Positions 52,740 to 63,309 of a stretch of DNA of 64,000 bases are shown piece by piece. A model generated the notes under the pieces. That model did not search any database. It was given only the letters and a program-made list of their open reading frames with translations, and was not told the origin of the DNA. The translations under genes and the position numbers were made by a program. Source of the stretch: Vicugna vicugna. Taxonomy: Eukaryota. The stretch spans positions 6,960,066-7,024,065 of the forward strand of contig MU058213.1 of the NCBI GenBank assembly GCA_013265495.1, written 5' to 3'. Every line of letters begins with the position of its first letter. Position 1 is the stretch's first letter.

Positions 52740-54500
52740 AGACTTCCGGGCAAGATGGCGGAGGAGAAGGACGCTTGTAAGTCACCCTCTCCCACAAATA
52801 CACCAAGACCCACATCTACAGACCCACTCAGCCAACCAGAGCACCTGCGGAACTCCAACAGATCATCGCCCTCTTCAAAAGATAAAGACGCCAAAAATCT
52901 GGTAGGAGAAAAGGAAAAAAGAAAGAACAAAAGGCAAAGCAGCGCGGGACGGGTCCCGCGGGGAGGGAGCGGCAAAGGAGGACTGGCGCTTGCTCGCTGG
53001 GTCTCCCCTCTCCAATTGAGAGGCCAGCGGGACGGAGGGGGAGCCTCCAAGTCTCGGATCTGTACAGAGCAGCCCTTGTCTGACAGAACTAAGTTAAACG
53101 GGCACAGAGCGTCCCCCCGACACCCAGCCTGAGACGCGGGCCGGCAGCGGCGGGCAGGGCCAGGCTGCACAAGCCGGGCGGAGGACGGGGGCGGCTGCAC
53201 GGAGGCAGCTCCGGGGGACTGCAAGGGGCTGGGCGCCGTGGCTGTGGGTGTACAGGACAGAACAACCTGGGCCCTCCATAAAACAGCAAGGTTGATGTGC
53301 TCTCAGGGGAAGGGTGCATACCCCCATCTCTGAAAACCCGCGGAAACTTTTCAGGGGAAGAGGGGCGGGGCCCAGGCACAGCCGCCATATTCTCCGGCGC
53401 TTAGCACCCAGGCGGGGGCAGAGGCGAAACCTGCATCCGCACCGAAGGGCTCAGCAGCCTCAAGGGCCAGACTGAGACGGGCCTACAGCCCGGGGCAGAT
53501 AGGATCCTTCCATCCTGGTCCCTCAGAGAACTTGCTCCACAAAGACAAACAAGGAGCTGGGTCTTGGCTCGGAGCAGGGACGAGGCTGCCCCTCGGTCTT
53601 CCCCGAGCCCACCCGCGGAGCGCGACCAGGGCGGAGCGCCGACCAGGGCGGAGCGCCGGCGCAGAGCGCGCAGCCGCACAGAGCAGCGGAGCTACCGGCG
53701 GCGCAGGCAGGGGGAGAGCGGCCCCCCGCCTGTCGGGCAGGAACACAACCCCTGACCGAGGTGCTGGGAAGGGGCACGACCCGCCCTCCTGCCTGGCCAG
53801 TCTGCAACATCTGACTGCGGCATCCGGAGGGGCAGTGACCCGCCCGCCCGCAGCAGAGGAGAGCTGCATCTGACCCCGTGTTAGGAGGAGGCGCGATCTG
53901 CTTGCCGACAGGTGCTGGGAGCAGCACAGAAGAGGGCGCCAACGGAGGGCCTATGAAAACAAGCTGAGCTTCCAAAACAGGACGAAGACAGAAGGACTTC
54001 ACATTAAAAGCACACAGACTCCAGGAGAACACCGACAACCCCCTTTTTTTTTTTTTTTTTTTTGTTTTTGTTTTTTGTTTGTTTGTTTTGTGTTTTGTTC
54101 TTAAATCTGTTTTTACCTGTTCTATTTTCAATTACTCTCTTAATTTTTACTTCTTAATTCATTTCTATTTCTCTTGGGTTTTGATGTCCTGTTATTGATT
54201 AGACACAGGCTTCAAATACATCTATTCATCTCCCCACCCCTTTTTTTTTTTTTTTTTTTAAAAGGTTTTAAAAGGACGTCTCAACCCGATTAATACTCTG
54301 CTTCAACTCGCTCTTCTATTATTCATTATACACTGTTTTCAAACCCTCTTTCTCCCTTCTTTTAAAAATCTTTCTCTCTCTCTCTTATTATTTCTTTCTT
54401 TTTTTTCTAAGTTCTATTCATAAATAGGCATTAGATAGATAAAATCCTTAAGATCCAAAATAGACAACTGATACTCCATAAACCACAGTGCCAGAGAGGT
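52740..54500 (+). promoter_or_regulatory. L1 5'UTR internal Pol II promoter / CpG island
   Basis: YY1 motif CAAGATGGCG at 52751-52760. GC/CpG-rich from ~52940 to 53950, then a T-rich segment at 54043-54410. Confidence 0.9.
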
Positions 54501-55403
54501 ATGAGCAAGATGAAGAAGCAGAGAAACCTTTCCCAATTAAAAGAACAAGAGGAATCCCCTGAAAGAAAGATCAATGAAATAGACATCGATAGCCTACTAG
54601 ATCAAGATTTCAAAAAAGGAGTGATCAAATTGCTGAAGGAATTAAAAGAGATAGTGCTTAGAGAAATAAAATATGTCAAAAATGAAATTGAAGCTATAAA
54701 GAAGAGCCAAGCAGAATGGGTAAACTCATTGACAGAGATGAGGAATGATCTAATAGCTGTGCAAAGCCGACTAGTTAATGCAGAGGAACGAATTAGTGAT
54801 CTAGAAGACAGGGCAATAGAAAGCACCCATTCAGAAGAACTACAAGATAAGCAAATAAAAAATAATGATAATAGCATAAGGGACCTATGGGATAATATAA
54901 AGCGTCCCAATCTTCGCATAATAGGGGTCCCAGAAGGGGAAGAAGGATCAAAGGGGATTGAAAAGGTTTTTGAAGAAATCATGACTGAAAACTTCCCAAA
55001 CTTAAAGAAGGAATCAGATATCCAAGTACAGGAAGCTCAGAGGGTCCCAAACAGGAAGAATCCAAATAGACCCACACCAAGACATATCATAATCAAGATG
55101 GCCAGAGTCAAGGATAAAGAAATGATTCTAAAGGCAGCAAGAGAAAAGCAAAGAGTGAATTACAAGGGAACCCCCATAAGGCTCTCAGCTGATTTCTCTA
55201 CACAAACACTACAGGCCAGAAGGGAGTGGCAAGATATATTCAAAGCCCTGAATGAAAAAAAGATGCAGCCTAGGATACTTTATCCAGCAAGGCTATCCTT
55301 TAGGATAGAAGGAGAAATAAAGAGTTTCACAGACAAAAAAAAGCTGCAGGAGTTTAGCAACACTAAACCCATGCTAAAAGAAATATTGAAAGGGCTATTC
55401 TAA
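54501..55403 (+). CDS. ORF1: LINE-1 ORF1p (coiled coil, RRM and CTD; RNA-binding chaperone), 300 aa
   Basis: Open ORF with heptad region and the motifs LWDNIKRPNLRIIGVPE, ENFPNL, RPTPRHII, REKQ, ARR and YPARLS. Confidence 0.98.
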   Translation: MSKMKKQRNLSQLKEQEESPERKINEIDIDSLLDQDFKKGVIKLLKELKEIVLREIKYVKNEIEAIKKSQAEWVNSLTEMRNDLIAVQSRLVNAEERISDLEDRAIESTHSEELQDKQIKNNDNSIRDLWDNIKRPNLRIIGVPEGEEGSKGIEKVFEEIMTENFPNLKKESDIQVQEAQRVPNRKNPNRPTPRHIIIKMARVKDKEMILKAAREKQRVNYKGTPIRLSADFSTQTLQARREWQDIFKALNEKKMQPRILYPARLSFRIEGEIKSFTDKKKLQEFSNTKPMLKEILKGLF

Positions 55404-55800
55404 ATAGAAAAGCAGCAGGATGCTACAGAAATGAGAAACGTACAACTGGAAAGGTGATAACTCATGAATTACAAATAAAGAAAACACGAAATTATAAAAG
55501 AAGACATACAAATCACTGAGAGTGGGAGAGGGAGGCAGGGAAATATAGAATTTTTTTTCTTTCTTTTTTAAATTTTTTTAACAGTAGGATGGGTTTGAGA
55601 TCATGTTATTATCAGTTTATTAAAAACGGGTATAGGTTAATAGATTTACAAAAAAGGGTAACCACAAGTCAAAAATTTACAAGGGAGTCACAAAAATTAA
55701 ATAAAATCCATGATAATACAAAGGAAAATTACCAAACCACAAAAGGAAGAAGAAAGGAACAAAGAGGATATACCAATTCAACTGCAAAGATAAGTTCAAA

Positions 55801-58800
55801 ATGGCAATAAACACACATCTATCATTAATTACTGTAAATGTTAATGGACTAAATGCTCCAGTCAAAAGACATAGAGTGGCAGACTGGATAATAAAGCAAG
55901 AACCTTCAATATGCTGCATACAAGAGACCCACTTTAGGGAGAAGGACACATATAGATTGAGAGTGAAAGGATGGAAAAGGATATTCCATGCAAATGGAAA
56001 AGCCAAAAAAGCAGGTGTTGCAGTACTGATTTCAGACAAAATAGACTTTAAAACAAAGGCCATAAAGAAAGATAAAGAAGGACATTTTATAATGATTAAA
56101 GGAGTGATACAAGATGAAGATATTACACTCGTTAATATATATGCACCCAATATAGGAGCACCTAAGTACATACAAGAATTACTAACAGAGATAAAGGGGG
56201 ATATTGATGGGAATACAATCATAGTTGGAGATTTTAACACTGCATTAACATCACTAGACAGATCTTCCAGACAGAAAATAAACAAGGCAACAGAGAAATT
56301 AAATACTACAATAGAAAAACTAGATTTGGTGGATATTTTCAGAGCTTTACACCCCCAAAAAATAGAATATACATTCTTTTCAAGTGCACATGGAACATTT
56401 TCCAGGATCGATCATGTACTTGGACACAAAAGAAACCTCAACAAATTTAAGAAGATAGAAATTATCTCAAGCATCTTTACTGACCACAATGCCATGAAAC
56501 TGGAAATCAACAACAGAGAAACAAAGGAGAAAAAAAGAAAAGCATGGAGATTAAACAATATGTTATTGAAAAAACAATGGATCAATGAGGAAATCAAAGC
56601 TGAAATTAAAAAATACCTTGAGACAAATGATAATGAAAGCACAACCACTCAAAACCTATGGGACACAGCAAAGGCAGTGCTAAGAGGGAAGTTTATAGCG
56701 ATACAGGCCTTCCTCAAAAAAGAAGAACAATCTCAAATAAACAAGTTAACCCACCACCTGAATCAATTAGAAAAAGAAGAACAAAAAGCCCCAAAAAGCA
56801 GCAGAAGGAAGGAAATAATAAAGATCAGAGAGGAATTAAATACAATAGAGATTAACAAGACCATAGAAAAAATCAACCAAACCAAAAGCTGGTTTTTTGA
56901 AAAAGTAAATAAAATCGACAAACCTCTGGCCAAACTCACAAAGAAGAAAAAAGAGAGAGCACAAATTAGCAAAATAAGAAAGGAAAATGGAGAAATTACA
57001 ACAAACAAAATAGAAATACAGAATATCATACGAGAATATTATGAAAAACTATATGGAACCAAACTGGATAACCTAGAGGAGATGGACAAGTTTCTGGAAA
57101 CATACTGTCCACCAAAACTGAATCAAGAAGAAACTGAACACTTGAACAATCCGATCACTAGAAAGGAAATAGAAATAGCAATTAAAAACCTCCCTACAAA
57201 TAAAAGTCCAGGACCGGATGGCTTCACCGGGGAATTCTACCAAACATACAAAGAAGAACTCATACCAGTCCTTCTCAAACTCTTCCAGACGATTGAAAAG
57301 GAGGGAATACTCCCAAACTCATTCTATGAAGCCACCATCACCCTGATACCAAAACCAGGCAAAGACACTACAAAAAAAGAGAATTATAGGCCAATATCAC
57401 TGATGAACATAGACGCCAAAATCCTCACCAAAATTTTAGCAAATAGAATCCAACAACACATAAAAAAGATTATACATCATGACCAAGTGGGGTTCATCCC
57501 AGGGACACAAGGCTGGTTCAACATACGCAAATCAATCAATGTAATACATCACATCAACAAGAGAAAGGACAAAAACCACATGATCATCTCAATCGATGCA
57601 GAAAAAGCATTTGATAAAATTCAACACCCATTTATGATAAAAACTCTCGCCAAAGTGGGTATAGAGGGAACATATCTCAACATAATAAAAGCTATATATG
57701 ACAAACCTACAGCCAGCATAGTTCTCAACGGTGAAAAACTCAAAAGCTTCCCACTAAAATCTGGGACAAGACAAGGATGCCCACTATCACCACTCCTATT
57801 CAACATAGTCCTGGAAGTCCTAGCCACAGCAATCAGGCAAGAGAAAGAAATAAAAGGGATCCAAATTGGAAAAGAAGAGGTAAAAGTGTCATTATATGCT
57901 GACGACATGTTACTATATATAGAAAACCCTAAAAGGTCCACAAAAAAGCTACTAGAGCTGATCGAAGAATTCAGCAAGGTAGCAGGTTACAAAATTAATG
58001 TTCAAAAATCAGTTGCCTTTCTTTACACTAACGATAAATCAACAGAAAAAGAAAGTAAAGAAACAATCCCCTTTAAAATAGCACCCAAAGTAATAAAATA
58101 TCTGGGAATAAATCTAACCAAGGAGGTGAAAGAATTATACACAGAAAACTATAAACCATTGATGAAGGAAATTAAAGAAGACTTTAAAAAATGGAAAGAT
58201 ATTCCATGCTCTTGGATTGGAAGAATCAATATTGTTAAAATGGTCACACTGCCCAAGGCAATCTACAGATTTAATGCAATCCCTATCCAATTACCCAGGA
58301 CATATTTCACAGAACTAGAACAAATCATAATAAAATTTATATGGAACCATCAAAGACCTAGAATTGCTAAAGCATTACTGAAGAGAAAGAAAGAGGCTGG
58401 AGGAATAACTCTCCCAGACTTCAGACAATACTATAGAGCTACAGTCATCAAGACAGCATGGTATTGGTACCAAAACAGACATATAGACCAATGGAACAGA
58501 ATAGAGAGCCCAGAAATGAACCCACAAACTTTTGGTCAACTCATCTTCGACAAAGGAGGCAAGAATATACAATGGAATAAAGACAGTCTCTTCAGCAAAT
58601 GGTGTTGGGAAAACTGGACAGCAGCATGTAAAACAATGAAGCTAGAACACACCCTTACACCATATACAAAAATCAACTCAAAATGGATTAAAGACTTAAA
58701 CATAAGACAAGATACAATAAACCTCCTAGAGGAAAACATAGGCAAAACATTATCTGACATACATTTCAAAAATTTTCTCCTAGAAGAAATAAAAGCAAGA

Positions 58801-59598
58801 ATAAACAAATGGGACCTAATGAAACTTACAAGCTTCTGCAGAGCAAAGGAAACCAGAAATAAAACAAGAAGAAAACCTACGGAATGGGAGAAAATTTTTG
58901 CAAGTGAAACCGACAAAGGCTTGATCTCCAAAATATATAAGCAGCTCATACGACTCAATAAGAAAAAAATAAACAACCCAATCCAAAAATGGGCAGAAGA
59001 CCTAAACAAGCAATTCTCCAAGGAAGACATACAAATGATCAAAAAGCACATGAAAAAATGTTCAATATCACTAATTATCAGAGAAATGCAAATCAAAACT
59101 ACAATGAGGTATCACCTCACACCAGTCAGAATGGCCGTCATTCAAAAATCCAAAAATGACAAATGCTGGAGAGGCTGTGGAGAAAGGGGAACCCTCCTAC
59201 ACTGCTGGTGGGAATGCAGTTTGGTGCAGCCACTATGGAAAACAGTGTGGAGATTCCTCAAAAGACTAGGAATAGACTTACCATATGACCCAGGAATCCC
59301 ACTCCTGGGCTTGTACCCAGAAGGAAATCTACTTCAGGATGACACCTGCACCCCAATGTTCATAGCAGCACTATTTACAATAGCCAAAACATGGAAACAG
59401 CCTAAATGTCCATCAACAGGTGACTGGATAAAGAAGATGTGGTATATTTATACAATGGAATACTACTCAGCCATAAAAACCGACAACATAATGCCATTTG
59501 CAGCAACATGGATGCTCCTAGAGAATGTCATTCTAAGTGAAGTAAGCCAGAAAGAGAAAGAAAAATACCATATGAGATCGCTCATATGTGGAATCTAA
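55801..59598 (+). CDS. ORF2: LINE-1 ORF2p (APE endonuclease, reverse transcriptase, C-terminal Cys-rich domain), 1265 aa
   Basis: EN motifs NVNG, QETH, GDFN, SRIDH and TDH. RT motifs YRPISL, QGCPLSP and YADD (57895-57906). Zinc knuckle [18 protein letters not shown]. Confidence 0.99.
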   Translation: MAINTHLSLITVNVNGLNAPVKRHRVADWIIKQEPSICCIQETHFREKDTYRLRVKGWKRIFHANGKAKKAGVAVLISDKIDFKTKAIKKDKEGHFIMIKGVIQDEDITLVNIYAPNIGAPKYIQELLTEIKGDIDGNTIIVGDFNTALTSLDRSSRQKINKATEKLNTTIEKLDLVDIFRALHPQKIEYTFFSSAHGTFSRIDHVLGHKRNLNKFKKIEIISSIFTDHNAMKLEINNRETKEKKRKAWRLNNMLLKKQWINEEIKAEIKKYLETNDNESTTTQNLWDTAKAVLRGKFIAIQAFLKKEEQSQINKLTHHLNQLEKEEQKAPKSSRRKEIIKIREELNTIEINKTIEKINQTKSWFFEKVNKIDKPLAKLTKKKKERAQISKIRKENGEITTNKIEIQNIIREYYEKLYGTKLDNLEEMDKFLETYCPPKLNQEETEHLNNPITRKEIEIAIKNLPTNKSPGPDGFTGEFYQTYKEELIPVLLKLFQTIEKEGILPNSFYEATITLIPKPGKDTTKKENYRPISLMNIDAKILTKILANRIQQHIKKIIHHDQVGFIPGTQGWFNIRKSINVIHHINKRKDKNHMIISIDAEKAFDKIQHPFMIKTLAKVGIEGTYLNIIKAIYDKPTASIVLNGEKLKSFPLKSGTRQGCPLSPLLFNIVLEVLATAIRQEKEIKGIQIGKEEVKVSLYADDMLLYIENPKRSTKKLLELIEEFSKVAGYKINVQKSVAFLYTNDKSTEKESKETIPFKIAPKVIKYLGINLTKEVKELYTENYKPLMKEIKEDFKKWKDIPCSWIGRINIVKMVTLPKAIYRFNAIPIQLPRTYFTELEQIIIKFIWNHQRPRIAKALLKRKKEAGGITLPDFRQYYRATVIKTAWYWYQNRHIDQWNRIESPEMNPQTFGQLIFDKGGKNIQWNKDSLFSKWCWENWTAACKTMKLEHTLTPYTKINSKWIKDLNIRQDTINLLEENIGKTLSDIHFKNFLLEEIKARINKWDLMKLTSFCRAKETRNKTRRKPTEWEKIFASETDKGLISKIYKQLIRLNKKKINNPIQKWAEDLNKQFSKEDIQMIKKHMKKCSISLIIREMQIKTTMRYHLTPVRMAVIQKSKNDKCWRGCGERGTLLHCWWECSLVQPLWKTVWRFLKRLGIDLPYDPGIPLLGLYPEGNLLQDDTCTPMFIAALFTIAKTWKQPKCPSTGDWIKKMWYIYTMEYYSAIKTDNIMPFAATWMLLENVILSEVSQKEKEKYHMRSLICGI

Positions 59599-61795
59599 AA
59601 AACAAAAACAAACAAACAAACAAAAACAAAGCATAAATACAGGACAGAAATAGACTCATGGACAGAGAATACAGACTTGTGGTTACCGGGGGGGTAGAGG
59701 GTGGGAAGGGATAGACTGGGATTTCAAAATTGTAGAATAGATAAACAAGATTACACTGTATAGCACAGGGAAATATACACAAAATGTTATGATAAATCAC
59801 AGAGAAAAAAATGTGACAATGAGTGTGTATATGTCCATGAATGACTGAAAAATTGTGCTGAACACTGGAATTTGACACAACACTGTAAAATGATTATGAA
59901 TCAATAAAAAATGTAAAAAAAAAAATGGGGTGACGATGGGTCATCCATTTCCAAAATACATCCCTGAGCCTCGGATTAGAAGTTAGTGGCCTCCCCATTC
60001 TGTCTTAAGAACAGTCCATAGGAATGGGTTTTACCAAGAGATTTCAAAGGTTTCATGCTTCCACGTCAACCTTTTGATGTATTTTTCTAACATTTTACCA
60101 AACTAAAATGTAACAAGTAAGGGGTCTATTGCCCCTCCCAAGTATGCCCCAAATATGAAATACTATAAAAAAGAAAAATGTCAGGCCACACAATAAAGGG
60201 CTCACCTTCCACACTGCACGTGGGCCAAACACACTCCCTTGCCTCACAATCACAGTGGCTAGTGCTCTGCACACAAGAAGCTCTCATAAAAGCTGTTCAA
60301 CGACAAAAATTATGGATGGCATTGCACACGAAGCAAACACTGAAATTACAATTCTCATATTGTAAAACAGAGGGAAAAATTATCATAAAACCAAGGCCAG
60401 GCTTCCTTTGTGGCTGTTGGAAGCCCTGTATGGATGAACACTACATTAGAGTTTTACCATGAACTTTTTTTTCACCATCTTTTTTTTTTGCCACCTACTC
60501 CCTGCTACCGGTTGAGCATCTTCTCAGTATTTCAGTGACCCAAAGGTCAAATGATTCCTTCCCAGAGGTATTCCCAGCCTCCACGGTCAAGCTTTTAAAC
60601 ACACATGCTGGACAAAAAGTCTAATAAATGCCTTGTTTTGCTTAGTCTGATGAGCTTATCCAGAAGCTATTACAGAACTGTATTAGTGTTTGGTTTATTT
60701 CAAAATGTGTGGGCCTGCTTTGGGTTCTGAAAATCCTTATGTGATAACTCTTGGAAAGAATCCTTGGGGCCCCAGGGGTGTCCTCCAGTACCCTGGGCTA
60801 CCAGAGCAACGCCTACTGACAAGTACATCACACGCATGGTACTAGTTAAGTACTGTAAATAGCACCGCCTTTCTTTTCTCCATCACTGGCTGGAATCTAC
60901 CTAAAGTGGCAACTGGTTTCTGCACTCCCTATCTTTGTCTTTCTGCTCCCTCTTCTGAGTGCACCTCTTTAAGTACCTCATCAGCACACCAAATGCAAAG
61001 AAATACTCTAGCTGTAAAACATGTGTGGACACTGAGGGTCCAGCATGGCTCTCCCAGGATTAGCTGGTAATGAACTGAACTAAGGCCTTTAAACCTTAAT
61101 GAAACCCAAGGAAGGCACACACAGCTGCATACAGGGAAGTAGTATTTATCATCAATCTTTCAAAGAGAGATAACGAAAACAAAAAACAACCTCACCTATT
61201 AAGAGTTCTGCAAAGAACTCCATGGCAAGATTGGGTCTTTCTCCTTTTGACGGCCACGGGCACAGACATCCCAAGTTCCAGAACTATCTGGTGAGCTCCA
61301 GGGCAAAACGGGAAACAGGCTGTCCTGGGGTTTTGTTCACTGAGTGACTCTACAGCTTCCATATCACAAGGAGTAGGTTTCATCCAGCTTAGAGGCCCTC
61401 TGCCTTCCAACACTGACAGGACTTCTTGCCAAAGGGAAAAAAAATTGCTTTTTAAATATTGACTTTCTCAGTCACTGCCAAGGCCAACCAGCCAGCCGTG
61501 AACCACATTTGTTGCTGCCATCTTACACAGAGCTGGTCCTCTGCTGCTTGCCAAGCAGCACCTCTAGGGCACTAGCAAAGTGCAGCAACCATCCTGAGCT
61601 GCGATTCCAGGCATCCAAGCCAGGAGCACAAGGAATCACTGCCCGACTTGACTTAAGGAGTCACCACTGAACGTCCTACGGACATGTCTCAACCACCCGC
61701 AAACCTGCGTATTCTGAGTCCTTACCCTTCACCGCAAGGCTCTGGAGCCCACCTCGCCCTGTGGAACTAATCACCTTCATCATCTTGTGTGAAAA

Positions 61796-62191
61796 TATAT
61801 TTTTTTAATTGAAGTATAGTCAGTTTACAATGTTGTGTCAGTTTCTGGTGTATAGCATAATAGTTCAGTCATACATATACATACATACATTCATTTTCAT
61901 ATTCTTTTTCATTATAGGTTACTACAAGATATTAAATATAGTTCCCTGTGCTATACAGTAGAAAACTGTTGTTTATCTATTTTATATATTTTATATAGTA
62001 GTTAGTATCTGCAAGTCTTGAACTCCCAGTTTATTCCTCCCCACCCCCTTCCCCCTGGTAACGATGTCTGTGTCTCTATGTCTGTGAGTCTGTTTCTGTT
62101 TTGTAAAATAAGTTAGTTCATTTGCATCTTTTTTTTAGATTCCACATACAAGTGATGTCACATGGTATTTTTCTTTCTCTTTCTGGCTTAC
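61796..62191 (-). mobile_element. 5'-truncated artiodactyl L1 3' end with TSD
   Basis: Reverse complement resembles 50905-51285. TSD tcatcttgtgtgaa (61780-61793) / tcatgttgtgtgaa (62192-62205). Confidence 0.93.
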
Positions 62192-62227
62192 TCATGTTGT
62201 GTGAACTATTAATAAAAGATTACTAGA

Positions 62228-62329
62228 GAGGAAGGATATAGCTCAAGTGGTGGAGAGCATGCTTAGCATGCACAAGGTCCTGGGTTCAATTCCCAGTATC
62301 TGCTCTAAATACATACATACATACATACA
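62228..62329 (+). mobile_element. Camelid tRNA-derived SINE (Vic-1 type) with a (TACA)n tail
   Basis: GGATATAGCTCAAGTGGTGGAGAGCATGCTTAGCATGCACAAGGTCCTGGGTTCAATTCCCAG, with TACTAGA on both flanks. Confidence 0.92.
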
Positions 62330-62669
62330 TACTAGAAACTTGATGGTGTACAAGCCAAGGATGTGCAAATAATGGTAAACAAGCCTCAGAAATCCTAATG
62401 TTTTGTCCTACTTTGCTGCTTGCTAGGTGGGCAGTCACTTATTCTTTTTTGAATCTCCACTCCCCTGATTGTTCATGGTAGTAAACTCACCAGCCCTGCT
62501 TCTCACTATCCATGAGGCTGGACACTTCCTTCTCCATAGCTGCTTCCTCTCTGCTGAGAAATCTGTGCCGTCACACCTCAGAGCCCTGTCTTCACCTCAA
62601 CCTACAAGCTGGTTTTCCCTCTTTCCTTTCACAGCCAAATCCCTCAGAGGAATCTACATTCACAGCCAC

Positions 62670-62840
62670 CACAGGCTCTGGGTCAGAAGTGGCCCCACCA
62701 ATTCTTAGTTGTGTGACCCGGGGCAAGTCACTGCACCTCTCCACGCCTTGATTTCCTTCTGTGGAAAATGGAGCTATGAACAGTTCCCATCTCCAGATCA
62801 CTGCAACGCTGAAATGGGATAACTGAGGTAAAGCACCTGA
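62670..62840 (+). mobile_element. MIR SINE
   Basis: tagttgtgtgacccggggcaagtcactgcacctctc..tttccttctgtggaaaatgg. Confidence 0.8.
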
Positions 62841-63067
62841 GCATTCCCCCAACAAATATTTATCCAGCACCTGTGTCAGGAGGTACTCCCAGTACGGGAC
62901 ATACAGAAGTGAACCAAAATAAACGAGTCTGCATTTCCACAAGGCCTCAGGGTCCCACCTGTGAGAGTTTTCCTGCACCTCCTCAACTCCCATGTGGGTG
63001 CTTACCCCAAGGGTCTTTCCTATCACGTAAACGGAGCACCTCTTTGCCTTAGAGCTTGATGCAACTA

Positions 63068-63309
63068 GAGTTGGCTCTTGGACAACACGAGTTTGAGCTG
63101 TGTGGGTCCACAAAGACATGGATATTTTTAGTAGCAAAGATTACAGTACCACACAGTCCACAGATGGTTGAGTCCGATGATGATGAACAGGTGGGTATGG
63201 AAGAATCTTGTAAATGGAGGACCAGGGGCCAACTATAAATTACATATGGATTCTCGACTGCCTGCAAGGTCACTGCCCCTAACCTCCCACCCTGTTCAAG
63301 GGTTAACTG
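63068..63309 (+). mobile_element. MER8-like Tigger (Tc1/mariner) MITE
   Basis: TIRs gagttggctcttggacaaca / tgttcaagggttaactg, with TA on both flanks (63066-63067, 63310-63311). Confidence 0.88.

Larger units (their letters stand above)
52740..59924 (+). mobile_element. Full-length LINE-1, potentially retrotransposition-competent
   Basis: 5' end GACTTCCGGGCAAGATGGCGG, CpG-rich 5'UTR, two uninterrupted ORFs, G-rich 3'UTR tract, AATAAA at 59903-59908 and an A-tail. TSD ATGGGGTGACGATG at 52726-52739 and 59925-59938. Confidence 0.99.

Noticed and set aside
53523..54131. 202-aa antisense ORF in the L1 5'UTR as an ORF0 analogue, and the other antisense 5'UTR ORFs
   Set aside because: It starts at TTG, runs through a poly-K low-complexity tract derived from the T-run, and lies in GC-rich, stop-poor DNA. 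No recognisable similarity to primate ORF0.
54602..59878. Minus-strand ORFs overlapping L1 ORF1 and ORF2
   Set aside because: Typical antisense shadow ORFs of A-rich L1 coding sequence.
62228..62300. tRNA-Ala-like gene (also 33360-33430)
   Set aside because: It has a simple-repeat tail, a TSD and an imperfect acceptor stem, so it is a Vic-1-type SINE, not a tRNA.
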